Origin: Bacillota bacterium
Lineage (GTDB): Bacteria > Bacillota > Clostridia > Christensenellales > Aristaeellaceae
DNA: 30,985 nt
Assembly: GCA_023392395.1 (NCBI GenBank)
Contig: JAEVZE010000118.1
Location: 1 to 30,985, forward strand
Direction: 5' to 3'
Position 1 is the first letter of the stretch, and each line of letters begins with the position of its first letter. Made by a program: the position numbers and the translations under genes. This document shows positions 1 to 8,191 of the stretch, in pieces. Under the pieces are notes generated by a model that made no database searches, had not been told where the DNA came from, and worked only from the letters and a program-made list of their open reading frames with translations.

Positions 1-29
1 ACCGGTTGGAAGATGGAGGAGGAAACCAA

Positions 30-1025
30 ATGAAAAGGCGTCTGAGTGTCCTGATGTCCCTGGTTCTGATCGCGCTGTCTATCCTCTCGTGCGTCTCGGT
101 CCAGGCGGAATCCGGTGACAAGCTGAAGGTCGCGCTCATCCTCTCGGGCCCGGCGAACGATCAGGGCTGGAACGCCATCGCCGTGGCGGGCGTCAAGGCG
201 GCGGAAGAAGAATTCGGCATCGAGTCCGCGTATTCCGAAAACGTCAACATCGCGGACAGCGAAGCCGCGTATCGCGACTTTGCCTCGCAGGGGTACAACC
301 TGATCATCGGCCACGGCTTCCAGTTCGGCGAGCCCGCCGCCAACGTGTCCAAGGACTTCCCGGACCAGTACTTCATGGCGACCGAAGCAAACTCCCAGAG
401 TGAAAACATGGGTTCCTTTGTCATGAGCTGCGAGCAGGGCGCGTACCTGATGGGCATGCTCTGCGCGGGGATGTCCAAATCCGGCATCATCGGCGTGGTG
501 GGCGCCATGGAGCAGCCCTCCATCACCAAGGAGCTTGAAGCGTTCAAGCTGGGCGCGAAAGAAATCAACCCTGACATCAAGGTGCTGGAGATCTACATCA
601 ACAGCTATGTGGACGCGGCGCTGGGCAAGGAAGCCGCGATGAACATGATCGGCCAGGGCGCGGACGTGCTGTACCACGTGGCCAACCAGGCCGGTACCGG
701 CGTCATCACCGCCGCGCAGGAAAAGGGCATTCTCGCCTGCGGCAACTCCTATGACCAGAACTCCATCGCGCCCGAAACCGTCATGTGCTCCACCGTCTAC
801 AACATGACCAAGGTCATCACCACCGCCGTGGGCCTGGTTGAAAAGGGCGAATTCAAGGGCGGCGTGTTCTACCTGGGCATGGCCGAGGGCGTGGTGGACA
901 TCTCGGGCTACAACGGCTTTGACAGCAAGATCCCGCAGGAGCTCAAGGACAAGATCGCCGCCAAGAAGCAGGCCATCATCTCCGGCGAGTTCCAGGTGCC
1001 GCGCATCGAAGCCCCCACAAAGTAA
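30..1025 (+). CDS. BMP family ABC transporter substrate-binding protein (nucleoside/purine type)
   Basis: ATG at 30 after GGAGGAGG; N-terminal signal peptide; BMP-like motifs (DQGWN, GHGFQF, EQGAYLMG, GADV); first gene of a CUT2 ABC operon. Confidence 0.9.
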   Translation: MKRRLSVLMSLVLIALSILSCVSVQAESGDKLKVALILSGPANDQGWNAIAVAGVKAAEEEFGIESAYSENVNIADSEAAYRDFASQGYNLIIGHGFQFGEPAANVSKDFPDQYFMATEANSQSENMGSFVMSCEQGAYLMGMLCAGMSKSGIIGVVGAMEQPSITKELEAFKLGAKEINPDIKVLEIYINSYVDAALGKEAAMNMIGQGADVLYHVANQAGTGVITAAQEKGILACGNSYDQNSIAPETVMCSTVYNMTKVITTAVGLVEKGEFKGGVFYLGMAEGVVDISGYNGFDSKIPQELKDKIAAKKQAIISGEFQVPRIEAPTK

Positions 1026-1044
1026 ACTGGATCTCGAAAATAAG

Positions 1045-1084
1045 GTCTGCCCGGCGGCGCGAAAGCGCGCCGGGCAGGCGTTTT
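1045..1084 (+). terminator. Intercistronic GC-rich hairpin with short T tract (partial terminator or mRNA stabiliser after the SBP gene)
   Basis: GTCTGCCCGGCG...GAAA...CGCCGGGCAGGC followed by GTTTT. Confidence 0.65.
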
Positions 1085-1112
1085 AACACAGTGCGAAAGC
1101 CGCGGAGGGACC

Positions 1113-2645
1113 ATGAAGCTGCTGGAAATGAAGGGGATTGTCAAGACCTTCTGGGGCGAGTACGCCAACGACCACGTGGATCTGGATGTGGAGGCCGGAG
1201 AGATTCACGCACTCTTGGGCGAGAACGGCGCGGGGAAAACCACGCTGATGAACCTCCTGTACGGCCTGTATCAGCCCGACGAAGGAGAGATCACCTTCAA
1301 GGGCAAGCGGGTCCACTTCCGTTCCCCGCTGGACGCCATCCGAAGCGGCATCGGGATGGTGCACCAGCACTTCATGCTGGTGCCCACGCTGACGGTTTCG
1401 GAGAACATCACTCTGGGCCTGCGCGAAAAGAGGCATCCGTTTACGGACAGAGCCTCGATCGACAGGCGCATCGAGGAAATTTCGAAGGCCTTCGGACTGG
1501 CGCTGGACCCCCGCGCGTTGGTCAGCTCGCTCTCGGTGGGCCAGCAGCAGCGGGTGGAGATCATGAAGCTGCTCTACCGGAACGCCGAACTTCTGATCTT
1601 GGACGAGCCGACGGCCGTGCTCACCCCACAGGAGACCGAAAACCTGTTTGACGTGCTCAGGAGCCTTTGCGGGCAGGGCCGCGCCGTGATCCTGATCACG
1701 CACCGCATCCCCGAAGTGATGTGCATCGCCGACCGGGTGACGGTGCTCCGGGATACCAAAAAGATGATCACCGCGCCTATCGGCGAAATGAACGAGGAGG
1801 CGCTCGCCCGGCACATGATCGGGCGTCCTTTGGCGCCCGCCGTCCGGGGCGAGGCGGCGCCTTTCACAACGCGTGGCCTTGCCCTTCGGGGCGTTGCCTT
1901 ACGCGAGCGCGGATTGGAAAAGCTGCGGAGCATTTCGCTGGACGTCCGCGCGGGGGAGATCTTCGGCATCGCGGGCGTGGACGGAAACGGCCAGAAGGAG
2001 CTCGCCGAGGTGATTATGGGCATCCGCAGGCAGGACGAAGGAACGATCGCGCTGAACGGCCAGCCGCTGGACAAGCTGGACGTCGAGGCGCGGAGGCGGT
2101 CCGGCATCGCCTACATCCCGGACGACCGGCACCGGGACGCGCTGGTCATGGACATGGACCTGACTGACAACCTGCTGCTCCGGTTCAACTCCGACGGGCG
2201 GTTTCAAAAGCACGGGCTGCTCGACGCCCAGGCCGCCAAGGGGCAGACCGCGAGAAGTGTCAAGGAATACGCCATCAAGGCACACGCCTTCGGAACCCAG
2301 GTACGCACCCTTTCGGGCGGCAACCAGCAAAAGCTGATTCTGGCCAGGGAGCTATCGGACGAGCCGAAGCTGATCGTCGCCTGCCAGCCGACAAGGGGCC
2401 TTGACGTGGGCGCTTCGGAATTCGTGCAGAAACAGCTGCTTGCAAGCAAGGCGCGGGGCGCGGCGGTGCTGTTGATCTCCGCCGACCTTGACGAGATCCG
2501 CGTTCTGTGCGACCGCTTCGCGGTGCTGCACGGCGGGAAGGTCATGGGCGTGGTTTCAAACCGCGATTCGCTGGACCTGACCGAAATCGGCCTGATGATG
2601 GCGGGCAAGGAACCGGGACAAACGGACGGGGGGTGCGCGGGTTGA
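1113..2645 (+). CDS. ABC transporter ATP-binding protein, two NBDs (CUT2 nucleoside/sugar type)
   Basis: Walker A GENGAGKTT, LSVGQQQRVEI, LILDEPT; second half with degenerate Walker A and LSGGNQQK. Confidence 0.95.
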   Translation: MKLLEMKGIVKTFWGEYANDHVDLDVEAGEIHALLGENGAGKTTLMNLLYGLYQPDEGEITFKGKRVHFRSPLDAIRSGIGMVHQHFMLVPTLTVSENITLGLREKRHPFTDRASIDRRIEEISKAFGLALDPRALVSSLSVGQQQRVEIMKLLYRNAELLILDEPTAVLTPQETENLFDVLRSLCGQGRAVILITHRIPEVMCIADRVTVLRDTKKMITAPIGEMNEEALARHMIGRPLAPAVRGEAAPFTTRGLALRGVALRERGLEKLRSISLDVRAGEIFGIAGVDGNGQKELAEVIMGIRRQDEGTIALNGQPLDKLDVEARRRSGIAYIPDDRHRDALVMDMDLTDNLLLRFNSDGRFQKHGLLDAQAAKGQTARSVKEYAIKAHAFGTQVRTLSGGNQQKLILARELSDEPKLIVACQPTRGLDVGASEFVQKQLLASKARGAAVLLISADLDEIRVLCDRFAVLHGGKVMGVVSNRDSLDLTEIGLMMAGKEPGQTDGGCAG

Positions 2646-3670
2646 AGCGCTGGAAGAATACTCTCCCCTATGCGGCCATCGCAGGGCTGGCGGTGCTCGT
2701 AGCGTTTCTCTTCATCACGCTCTCCGGCAGCGAGGCGGGCAAGGCGTTCGCCGGATTTTCCCGCGGGCTCTTTGGTTCCAGCTACTCCGCCGCGGAAATC
2801 TTCGTAAAGGCCACGCCGCTGACGCTGGTGGGCCTGGGCGTCGCGGTGGCGTTTCTCAGCGGGTTTACCAACATCGGCGCGGAAGGGCAATTGTACATGG
2901 GGGCGATCGCCACCACGTTCATCGCAACGCGATTCCCCGGCCTTCCCGCCTTTTTGATGCTGCCCGCGTGCATGCTGTTTGGCGGGCTGCTGGGCGGATT
3001 GTGGGCGCTGATCCCCGGCTTCCTCAAGGCACGGTACGGGATCAGCGAGGTGATCAACACCATCATGTTCAACTACATCGGCCTTGGGATCACGGGCGTG
3101 CTGGTACAGACGGTGCTCAAGGATCCGGAAAGCTACTTCCCCGTATCGCCGACGATTCCGGACGCCGCGTTCCTTCCGGTGATCCTGCCCAAGACACGGC
3201 TGCACGCGGGGCTTTTCGTGGCGCTTTCGTGCGTGGTGCTGGTGTACATCCTGATGTTCAAGACGCCGCAGGGATTCCGCATGCGGGCGGTGGGCCTGAA
3301 TCCCCGCGCATGCCAGTGCATGGGCATTTCGGTCAACCGGAACATCGTACTCTCATCGCTGATCAGCGGGGGCCTTGCGGGCCTGGCTGGTATGTGCGAG
3401 GTCTCGGGGCTTCAGCACCGGCTGCTAGAGGGCATTTCGCCCGGCTACGGGTATCTCGCCATCATCGTGGCGCTGCTGGGCGGCAATTCGCCGCTGGGCG
3501 TCTTGATTGCGGCGGTCGGCGTGGCGGCGCTGCAGGTGGGCTCGCTGTCCATGCAGCGCGCGGCGAGCGTGCCCGCCTCCATCGCCTCCATCATCATGGG
3601 CACGGTGGTGCTGCTCATTCTGGCGCGCAAGACGGTGTTTTCCGGGCTTCTGAAGGGAAAGGGGGAATAG
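2642..3670 (+). CDS. ABC transporter permease (BPD_transp_2)
   Basis: TTG start overlapping the ATPase TGA; NIGAEGQ, SEVINTIMFNYI motifs; hydrophobic. Confidence 0.9.
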   Translation: MKRWKNTLPYAAIAGLAVLVAFLFITLSGSEAGKAFAGFSRGLFGSSYSAAEIFVKATPLTLVGLGVAVAFLSGFTNIGAEGQLYMGAIATTFIATRFPGLPAFLMLPACMLFGGLLGGLWALIPGFLKARYGISEVINTIMFNYIGLGITGVLVQTVLKDPESYFPVSPTIPDAAFLPVILPKTRLHAGLFVALSCVVLVYILMFKTPQGFRMRAVGLNPRACQCMGISVNRNIVLSSLISGGLAGLAGMCEVSGLQHRLLEGISPGYGYLAIIVALLGGNSPLGVLIAAVGVAALQVGSLSMQRAASVPASIASIIMGTVVLLILARKTVFSGLLKGKGE

Positions 3671-3674
3671 CGGC

Positions 3675-4610
3675 ATGGAGATGCTCATCGCCACCATCAC
3701 CTCGTTCCTGGCCGCCGCCGTGCGCGTGGCCACGCCGCTGACGTTCGCGGGGCTGGGCGAGGCGTGCTCGGAGCGCGCCGGGATCATCAACATCGGCGTG
3801 GAGGCCATCATGCTCTCCGGCGCTTTCGCGGCGTTCATGGCCACGTTCCTCACCGGGAGCATCCTACTGGGCGCGCTGGCGGGCATCGCCGGCGGCGTCG
3901 CGATCAGCATGCTGCACGCGGTTCTAAGCATCCGCTGCCGCGCAAACCAGAACATCGCGGGATTGGCTCTGAACATCCTCACCCTGGGGCTGACCAGTTT
4001 CTTGTTTTTGAAGGCATTCGGGCAGACGACGGTGCTGCCCACTTGCAAGCTGGCGCCGCAGTACGCCCTCCCCCTGCTCTCCCAGATTCCGGTGCTCGGC
4101 CCCGCGCTGTTTTCCCAGAGCGGGTTCGAGTACGCACTGTATCTGTTGGTGGCGGTGGTCTGGGTGGTGTTTTATAAGACCGAATGGGGTGTCTCCTTGA
4201 CCGCAGTGGGCGAACATCCAAGGGCCGCGGACACCGCGGGGCTGAACGTTGCGCACATCCGCTATCTGGCGTGCCTGGTCAACGGCATTCTGGGCGGACT
4301 GGGCGGCGCGTACATCACGATCGCGCAGCTGGGCTTTTTCATGGAGGACGTGAACGCGGGCCGAGGATACATCGCGCTGGTGGCGGTGATCCTGGGAAGG
4401 CGCAACCCGCTGGGCATCCTCGCGTCGGCGCTGGTCATTGGCCTTGCGCAGGCGCTGCAATTGCAGCTGCAGACGCTGAAAATCGGCATCCCCTCACAAG
4501 CGTTCTCCATGCTGCCTTATGTGGCGGCGGTGGTGGTGCTGCTGTTCTCCATCGGCAAGGGGCGCGATCCCGTGGCGCTGGGCGTGCCATACGAGCGCGA
4601 CAAGCGCTGA
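3675..4610 (+). CDS. ABC transporter permease (second subunit)
   Basis: SERAGIINIGVEA, AVGEHPRAADTAG, GRGYIAL motifs. Confidence 0.92.
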   Translation: MEMLIATITSFLAAAVRVATPLTFAGLGEACSERAGIINIGVEAIMLSGAFAAFMATFLTGSILLGALAGIAGGVAISMLHAVLSIRCRANQNIAGLALNILTLGLTSFLFLKAFGQTTVLPTCKLAPQYALPLLSQIPVLGPALFSQSGFEYALYLLVAVVWVVFYKTEWGVSLTAVGEHPRAADTAGLNVAHIRYLACLVNGILGGLGGAYITIAQLGFFMEDVNAGRGYIALVAVILGRRNPLGILASALVIGLAQALQLQLQTLKIGIPSQAFSMLPYVAAVVVLLFSIGKGRDPVALGVPYERDKR

Positions 4611-4644
4611 GGCGCGGCGGCGCGGGCCAAGGGAGGTGTGATCT

Positions 4645-5433
4645 GTGAAGGAATACTACTCGATCGGCGAATTCAGCGCCATGTTTGGGCTCAACAAACA
4701 GACGCTGCAGTATTACGACGCTATCGGCCTGTTCCAGCCAGTAGAGCGGAACCAGGAGAATGGCCGCCGGTGCTACGCGTTTGATCAGGTGTACAGGCTG
4801 GCCTCCATAAGGTATATGCGAAGGCTCGGGTATTCGCTGGAGCAGATTGAAGACCACATGGCCTCCCGCGAGGTGGGCTTTACACTGGACCACCTGAAGG
4901 AGAGGTCCAAGGCGCTCAGAAGCCAATGGGAAGAGCTGCTGGCGATTGAAACGGTGATCCAGCGCAAGATCCAGTTCGTGGAGGAGGCGCTTTCCGAGAT
5001 CTCCGACATCGACGCCGTAGAGGTGCTCCATTTTCCGGAGCGGAAGTTCATCCCCATCGGCGTGGAGGAGCGGCTGTACCACCATGATTCCTTCTACTTC
5101 TATCCCACCATCGCCTTCTACACGGGGTACGAGGAGAAGTACTTCGGCGCGTACCTGTACGGCGAGGACCAGGCACTTCCCTCCGTGGATCAGGCCATCG
5201 TCCAGTCAATCCCCGCCGGGGACTACCTGTGCTGCTACCATAAGGGCCCTTACGAGTCGGTGCCGGACACCATGCGGCGCATGCGTTCTTCCCGGCCGGA
5301 CCTCTTTCTGGCGCCTCTCACGATCAACTTCAACATCATCGACCAGTTCGTCGAAAAGAACAACGACAACTACATCACCCACATGCAGGTGCAGATTCTA
5401 TCCCAGCCTAGCCAACTGCTGAACGGGCAATAG
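4645..5433 (+). CDS. MerR family transcriptional regulator with GyrI-like effector domain
   Basis: GTG start after GGGAGGTG; YSIGEFS...TLQYYDAIGLF HTH; C-terminal IPAGDYLCCYHKGPY. Confidence 0.88.
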   Translation: MKEYYSIGEFSAMFGLNKQTLQYYDAIGLFQPVERNQENGRRCYAFDQVYRLASIRYMRRLGYSLEQIEDHMASREVGFTLDHLKERSKALRSQWEELLAIETVIQRKIQFVEEALSEISDIDAVEVLHFPERKFIPIGVEERLYHHDSFYFYPTIAFYTGYEEKYFGAYLYGEDQALPSVDQAIVQSIPAGDYLCCYHKGPYESVPDTMRRMRSSRPDLFLAPLTINFNIIDQFVEKNNDNYITHMQVQILSQPSQLLNGQ

Positions 5434-5468
5434 TCCTGTGGCGACTGCCGCCCTCCTCCTTCCCTCAT

Positions 5469-5511
5469 AAACTACGCCCCGAAGTCAATGTCTGACTTTG
5501 GGGTGGTTTTT
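5469..5511 (+). terminator. Rho-independent terminator of the ABC-MerR operon
   Basis: CCCCGAAGTCA-atgtc-TGACTTTGGGG stem followed by TGGTTTTT. Confidence 0.7.
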
Positions 5512-5535
5512 CACTGCGGGCAAGAAAGCGGCCTT

Positions 5536-5696
5536 ATACTATTGTAAAACATTAATTACTCCAAAGCGGCGAGGGATTGCAGATAGCGGGTCAAGGAGCC
5601 GGAGCGAGGCGTAGCAGCGCTACGTTGAGCGTAGTGCGACACAGCCCCGCGCGAAAAGAACCGTCGCAACGAGTAATTTATGTTTGGAAATAGTAT
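5536..5696. mobile_element. MITE-like non-autonomous element with 26-bp terminal inverted repeats
   Basis: ATACTATTGTAAAACATTAATTACTC (5536-5561) matches the reverse complement of 5671-5696 at 22/26; AT-rich ends in GC-rich DNA; TA at both ends; nested internal hairpins. Confidence 0.65.
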
Positions 5697-6340
5697 TACC
5701 TGTCCCTTTCCAGACACCCTGTCGTCATCTCCATGGCGCACTGGATAAACGCATCCATGTCCAGCCCGAAATGGCGCGCATAACTCCCGCCCGACTGCGC
5801 CAGCAGCAGAAAAAACCCCGTCGTCATGAAAACGGACGAAAAAGCCAACAGGCCCGCTTCCCGGTCAGCCCGGATGCTGCCGTCCGCCTGGCCTTCCTCA
5901 AACAGCCACAGAATCTCCTCAAACAGCGCCCTTTCGCAGGCGTTTGCCTCCTGCCTGTAGGGTACGTCCGGCGCGACGGGGGCGGATTTGATCGCGCCCG
6001 CCTGGCTGATCAGCCTGAGCATCGCGGGGCCGCTTTGATAGAACGAATGAAATGCTTCAAACGCAAGGCGCACCTTTTCAAAGCCGTTCCCGCCGGACCG
6101 GGTTTTCTCCCGGATCCGCTCGGTCAACTGCCGGTAGCCCCTTAGGGTAACGGCATAATACAGGTCCTCCTTACAGGTGAAGTACCGGTACAGCGTGCGC
6201 TTGGTGTACTCCGACGCCGCTGCCAGGTCGTCCATGGAAGTCTCTTCATACCCCTTCGTCAAAAACAGCTTTTCGGCCGTGTCGATGATAAACCCCCTGC
6301 GCTCCAACTGCTCCCGCTCCTGGCGCGGCGATGTTCCCAT
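5696..6340 (-). CDS. TetR/AcrR family transcriptional regulator
   Basis: IIDTAEKLFLTKGYEETSMDDLA...TKRTLYRYF HTH; RBS GGGAGG. Confidence 0.93.
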   Translation of the reverse strand: MGTSPRQEREQLERRGFIIDTAEKLFLTKGYEETSMDDLAAASEYTKRTLYRYFTCKEDLYYAVTLRGYRQLTERIREKTRSGGNGFEKVRLAFEAFHSFYQSGPAMLRLISQAGAIKSAPVAPDVPYRQEANACERALFEEILWLFEEGQADGSIRADREAGLLAFSSVFMTTGFFLLLAQSGGSYARHFGLDMDAFIQCAMEMTTGCLERDR

Positions 6341-6358
6341 AAATTAACGCCCTCCCTA

Positions 6359-6387
6359 TTGACATTGGGCAAACCCATAGGTATACT
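6359..6387 (+). promoter_or_regulatory. Sigma-A promoter for the membrane protein-flavodoxin operon
   Basis: TTGACA(6359-6364)-17 bp-TATACT(6382-6387). Confidence 0.8.
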
Positions 6388-6390
6388 ATC

Positions 6391-6406
6391 AGTATACTAG
6401 TATACT
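6391..6406. promoter_or_regulatory. Putative TetR operator (perfect 16-bp palindrome)
   Basis: AGTATACTAGTATACT; a third GTATACT half-site at 6381-6387. Confidence 0.7.
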
Positions 6407-6409
6407 TCT

Positions 6410-6438
6410 ATTATACCGATGGACGGATTCTTTGTCAA
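6410..6438 (-). promoter_or_regulatory. Sigma-A promoter for tetR
   Basis: Minus strand TTGACA(6438-6433)-17 bp-TATAAT(6415-6410), perfect consensus. Confidence 0.85.
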
Positions 6439-6451
6439 GGAGAAACCAGCC

Positions 6452-6997
6452 ATGAATCAACCGGTAAAGTCCAAAGCGTCGCTCTACCGTACGGTCGCCG
6501 CCGCCGTCTTCGCACTGACCCTCGCGCTGATGGCTGCCCCGGCGTTCAGTTCCGCAGCCTTCCATGGATACAGCGGAGGTCTTGACACGCTGGACATGCG
6601 GTTTGGCTACTCCGCAGGCGACGTATACACCCTGATGCGCGCCCTAGGGAGCGGCGGCAGGGCATTCTACGCACGCTATTTATACCTCGACCTTCTCTTC
6701 ACCGTGAGCTTTGCCGTAGTGCAGGACAGCCTTATGCGCCGGGCCATGGGAAAAACGCTGGTTGGAAGCGTCTGGCGCCTCCTGCCAACGCTTGCATACC
6801 CGCGTGCGTTCCTCGACATCTCCGAAAATTGTTCGATCCTTTTCCTGATGGCCCGTCTCCCAGCAGAATTCCCAGGTGTGGCGGCGGCAACCGGCTTCGT
6901 CACGCAGGGGAAATTTATCCTGCTGGGATGCTGGCTGGCGGCCCTCCCGGTTTGCTACCTGATCCGCAAAAATAGGGAAAGAAGGCTGCTCCCATGA
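6452..6997 (+). CDS. Hypothetical integral membrane protein (about 4 TM)
   Basis: ATG 6452 after AAGGAG; hydrophobic segments; LDMRFGY...YLYLDL and DISEN motifs; ATGA overlap with the next gene. Confidence 0.8.
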   Translation: MNQPVKSKASLYRTVAAAVFALTLALMAAPAFSSAAFHGYSGGLDTLDMRFGYSAGDVYTLMRALGSGGRAFYARYLYLDLLFTVSFAVVQDSLMRRAMGKTLVGSVWRLLPTLAYPRAFLDISENCSILFLMARLPAEFPGVAAATGFVTQGKFILLGCWLAALPVCYLIRKNRERRLLP

Positions 6998-7521
6998 AAA
7001 ATGCCGTCGTCGTGTACAAATCCACCTACGGAACCTCCAAAGCCTATGCCGAGCGCATCGCCTCCGAGTTGAACGCTGATCTGCTGCCCGCGAACAAGGC
7101 CAGCCTTCGCGCGCTGCATGCGTATGCGGTGATCGTCTATGGCGGCGGCATCTACGCCGGGCGCATCGCGGGCGCAGGCCGGATCGGCAGGCTCCTGAAA
7201 AGGCTTCCGGACAAACGCTTAGCGGTGTTCAGCGTCGGTTTTACGCCCGCCACCCGGTTGGACATTCTGGAGAAGGTACGCACAAACGGCTTTGGCGATA
7301 CCCTGCGGCATGCCATCGCCTTCTACCATTTCCCCGGCCCGGTCCCTCTGGACAGGCTCAACCTGCCGCACCGGATCCTGCTCGCGGGCAGGAAGCTCTC
7401 CATGATCTTCAATGGCGCGCCAAAGCGGGCAGAACAGGCAAAAGGCGCCCCTGTCAGCGCCGGGAAAACACTCCCTCTCGGCCTTACAGAGCCCTTGATC
7501 ACCTTCGTGGAAGGGTTGTAA
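6994..7521 (+). CDS. Flavodoxin domain protein (Flavodoxin_5/HemG-like)
   Basis: VVYKSTYGTSKAYA FMN phosphate loop; IVYGGGIYAG; VFSVG. Confidence 0.85.
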   Translation: MKNAVVVYKSTYGTSKAYAERIASELNADLLPANKASLRALHAYAVIVYGGGIYAGRIAGAGRIGRLLKRLPDKRLAVFSVGFTPATRLDILEKVRTNGFGDTLRHAIAFYHFPGPVPLDRLNLPHRILLAGRKLSMIFNGAPKRAEQAKGAPVSAGKTLPLGLTEPLITFVEGL

Positions 7522-7615
7522 GGTGTCGTGTTCCTCCCCGATCAATCGGCTCGTCAGGGCTCGCCCGCATCTCTCATGGCAAACCCGTTCGATCTTCACC
7601 CACCCTGCCTGAATT

Positions 7616-8140
7616 TCATCTTCGCGCGGGATCCTTCGGGCGCTTCCACTCTGGGATCAGCCCCGCCAACAGGCGACCGAGACCTGCGCCACATGTGTTG
7701 AGGATCACATCGTCCACGTCGGTCATGCCCGTTCTGAGCCCCCACTGCAGGCATTCAATCGCGGTGGAGAGCAACATTTCGGCAATGAGCGCCACCCAGA
7801 TGGGCTTCCGGCGCAGGATCCACCCCAGCGGGACGAACCATAAAAGGTTTCCGGCGACGTGATAGACAAACGGCCACGCGCCGCTTTGCAGCTCCTCCAG
7901 CGTCGTCTTGAACGGCGCCCACTGCACCGGGGAGTGCCCGGCTTGAAACAGGCCGACCCAATCCACGCCGCCGCGCAGCACGGTGATCTGGATCAGCGCG
8001 GCAATGTAAAACGCCGAAAGCAGCCGCCCGGTCGTCACGGGTTTTTTGCGCATGCTGAGGAAAAGCGCGTAAGCTCCGACGACGGCCCCCGCGAACTGAA
8101 CCGCCCGCAGGGTGTAGTCCAAAATGCCTTGAAAACCCAT
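7616..8140 (-). CDS. VanZ family membrane protein
   Basis: ATG after AAGGAGG; GNLLWFVPLG, STAIECLQ, DVDDVILNTCG motifs. Confidence 0.88.
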   Translation of the reverse strand: MGFQGILDYTLRAVQFAGAVVGAYALFLSMRKKPVTTGRLLSAFYIAALIQITVLRGGVDWVGLFQAGHSPVQWAPFKTTLEELQSGAWPFVYHVAGNLLWFVPLGWILRRKPIWVALIAEMLLSTAIECLQWGLRTGMTDVDDVILNTCGAGLGRLLAGLIPEWKRPKDPARR

Positions 8141-8191
8141 GCTTCCTCCTTTTGCATCGATTTTCTCGCCCATAAATTCTGCCGCGTCCGA

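Noticed and set aside
5510..5540. TTCACT-19 bp-TATACT as a MerR-type promoter
   Set aside because: No dyad in the spacer, no plus-strand gene downstream, and the TATACT belongs to the MITE-like end
7616..8140. VanZ as evidence of a glycopeptide resistance cluster
   Set aside because: Stand-alone VanZ-like proteins are widespread, and there are no vanHAX or vanRS genes here
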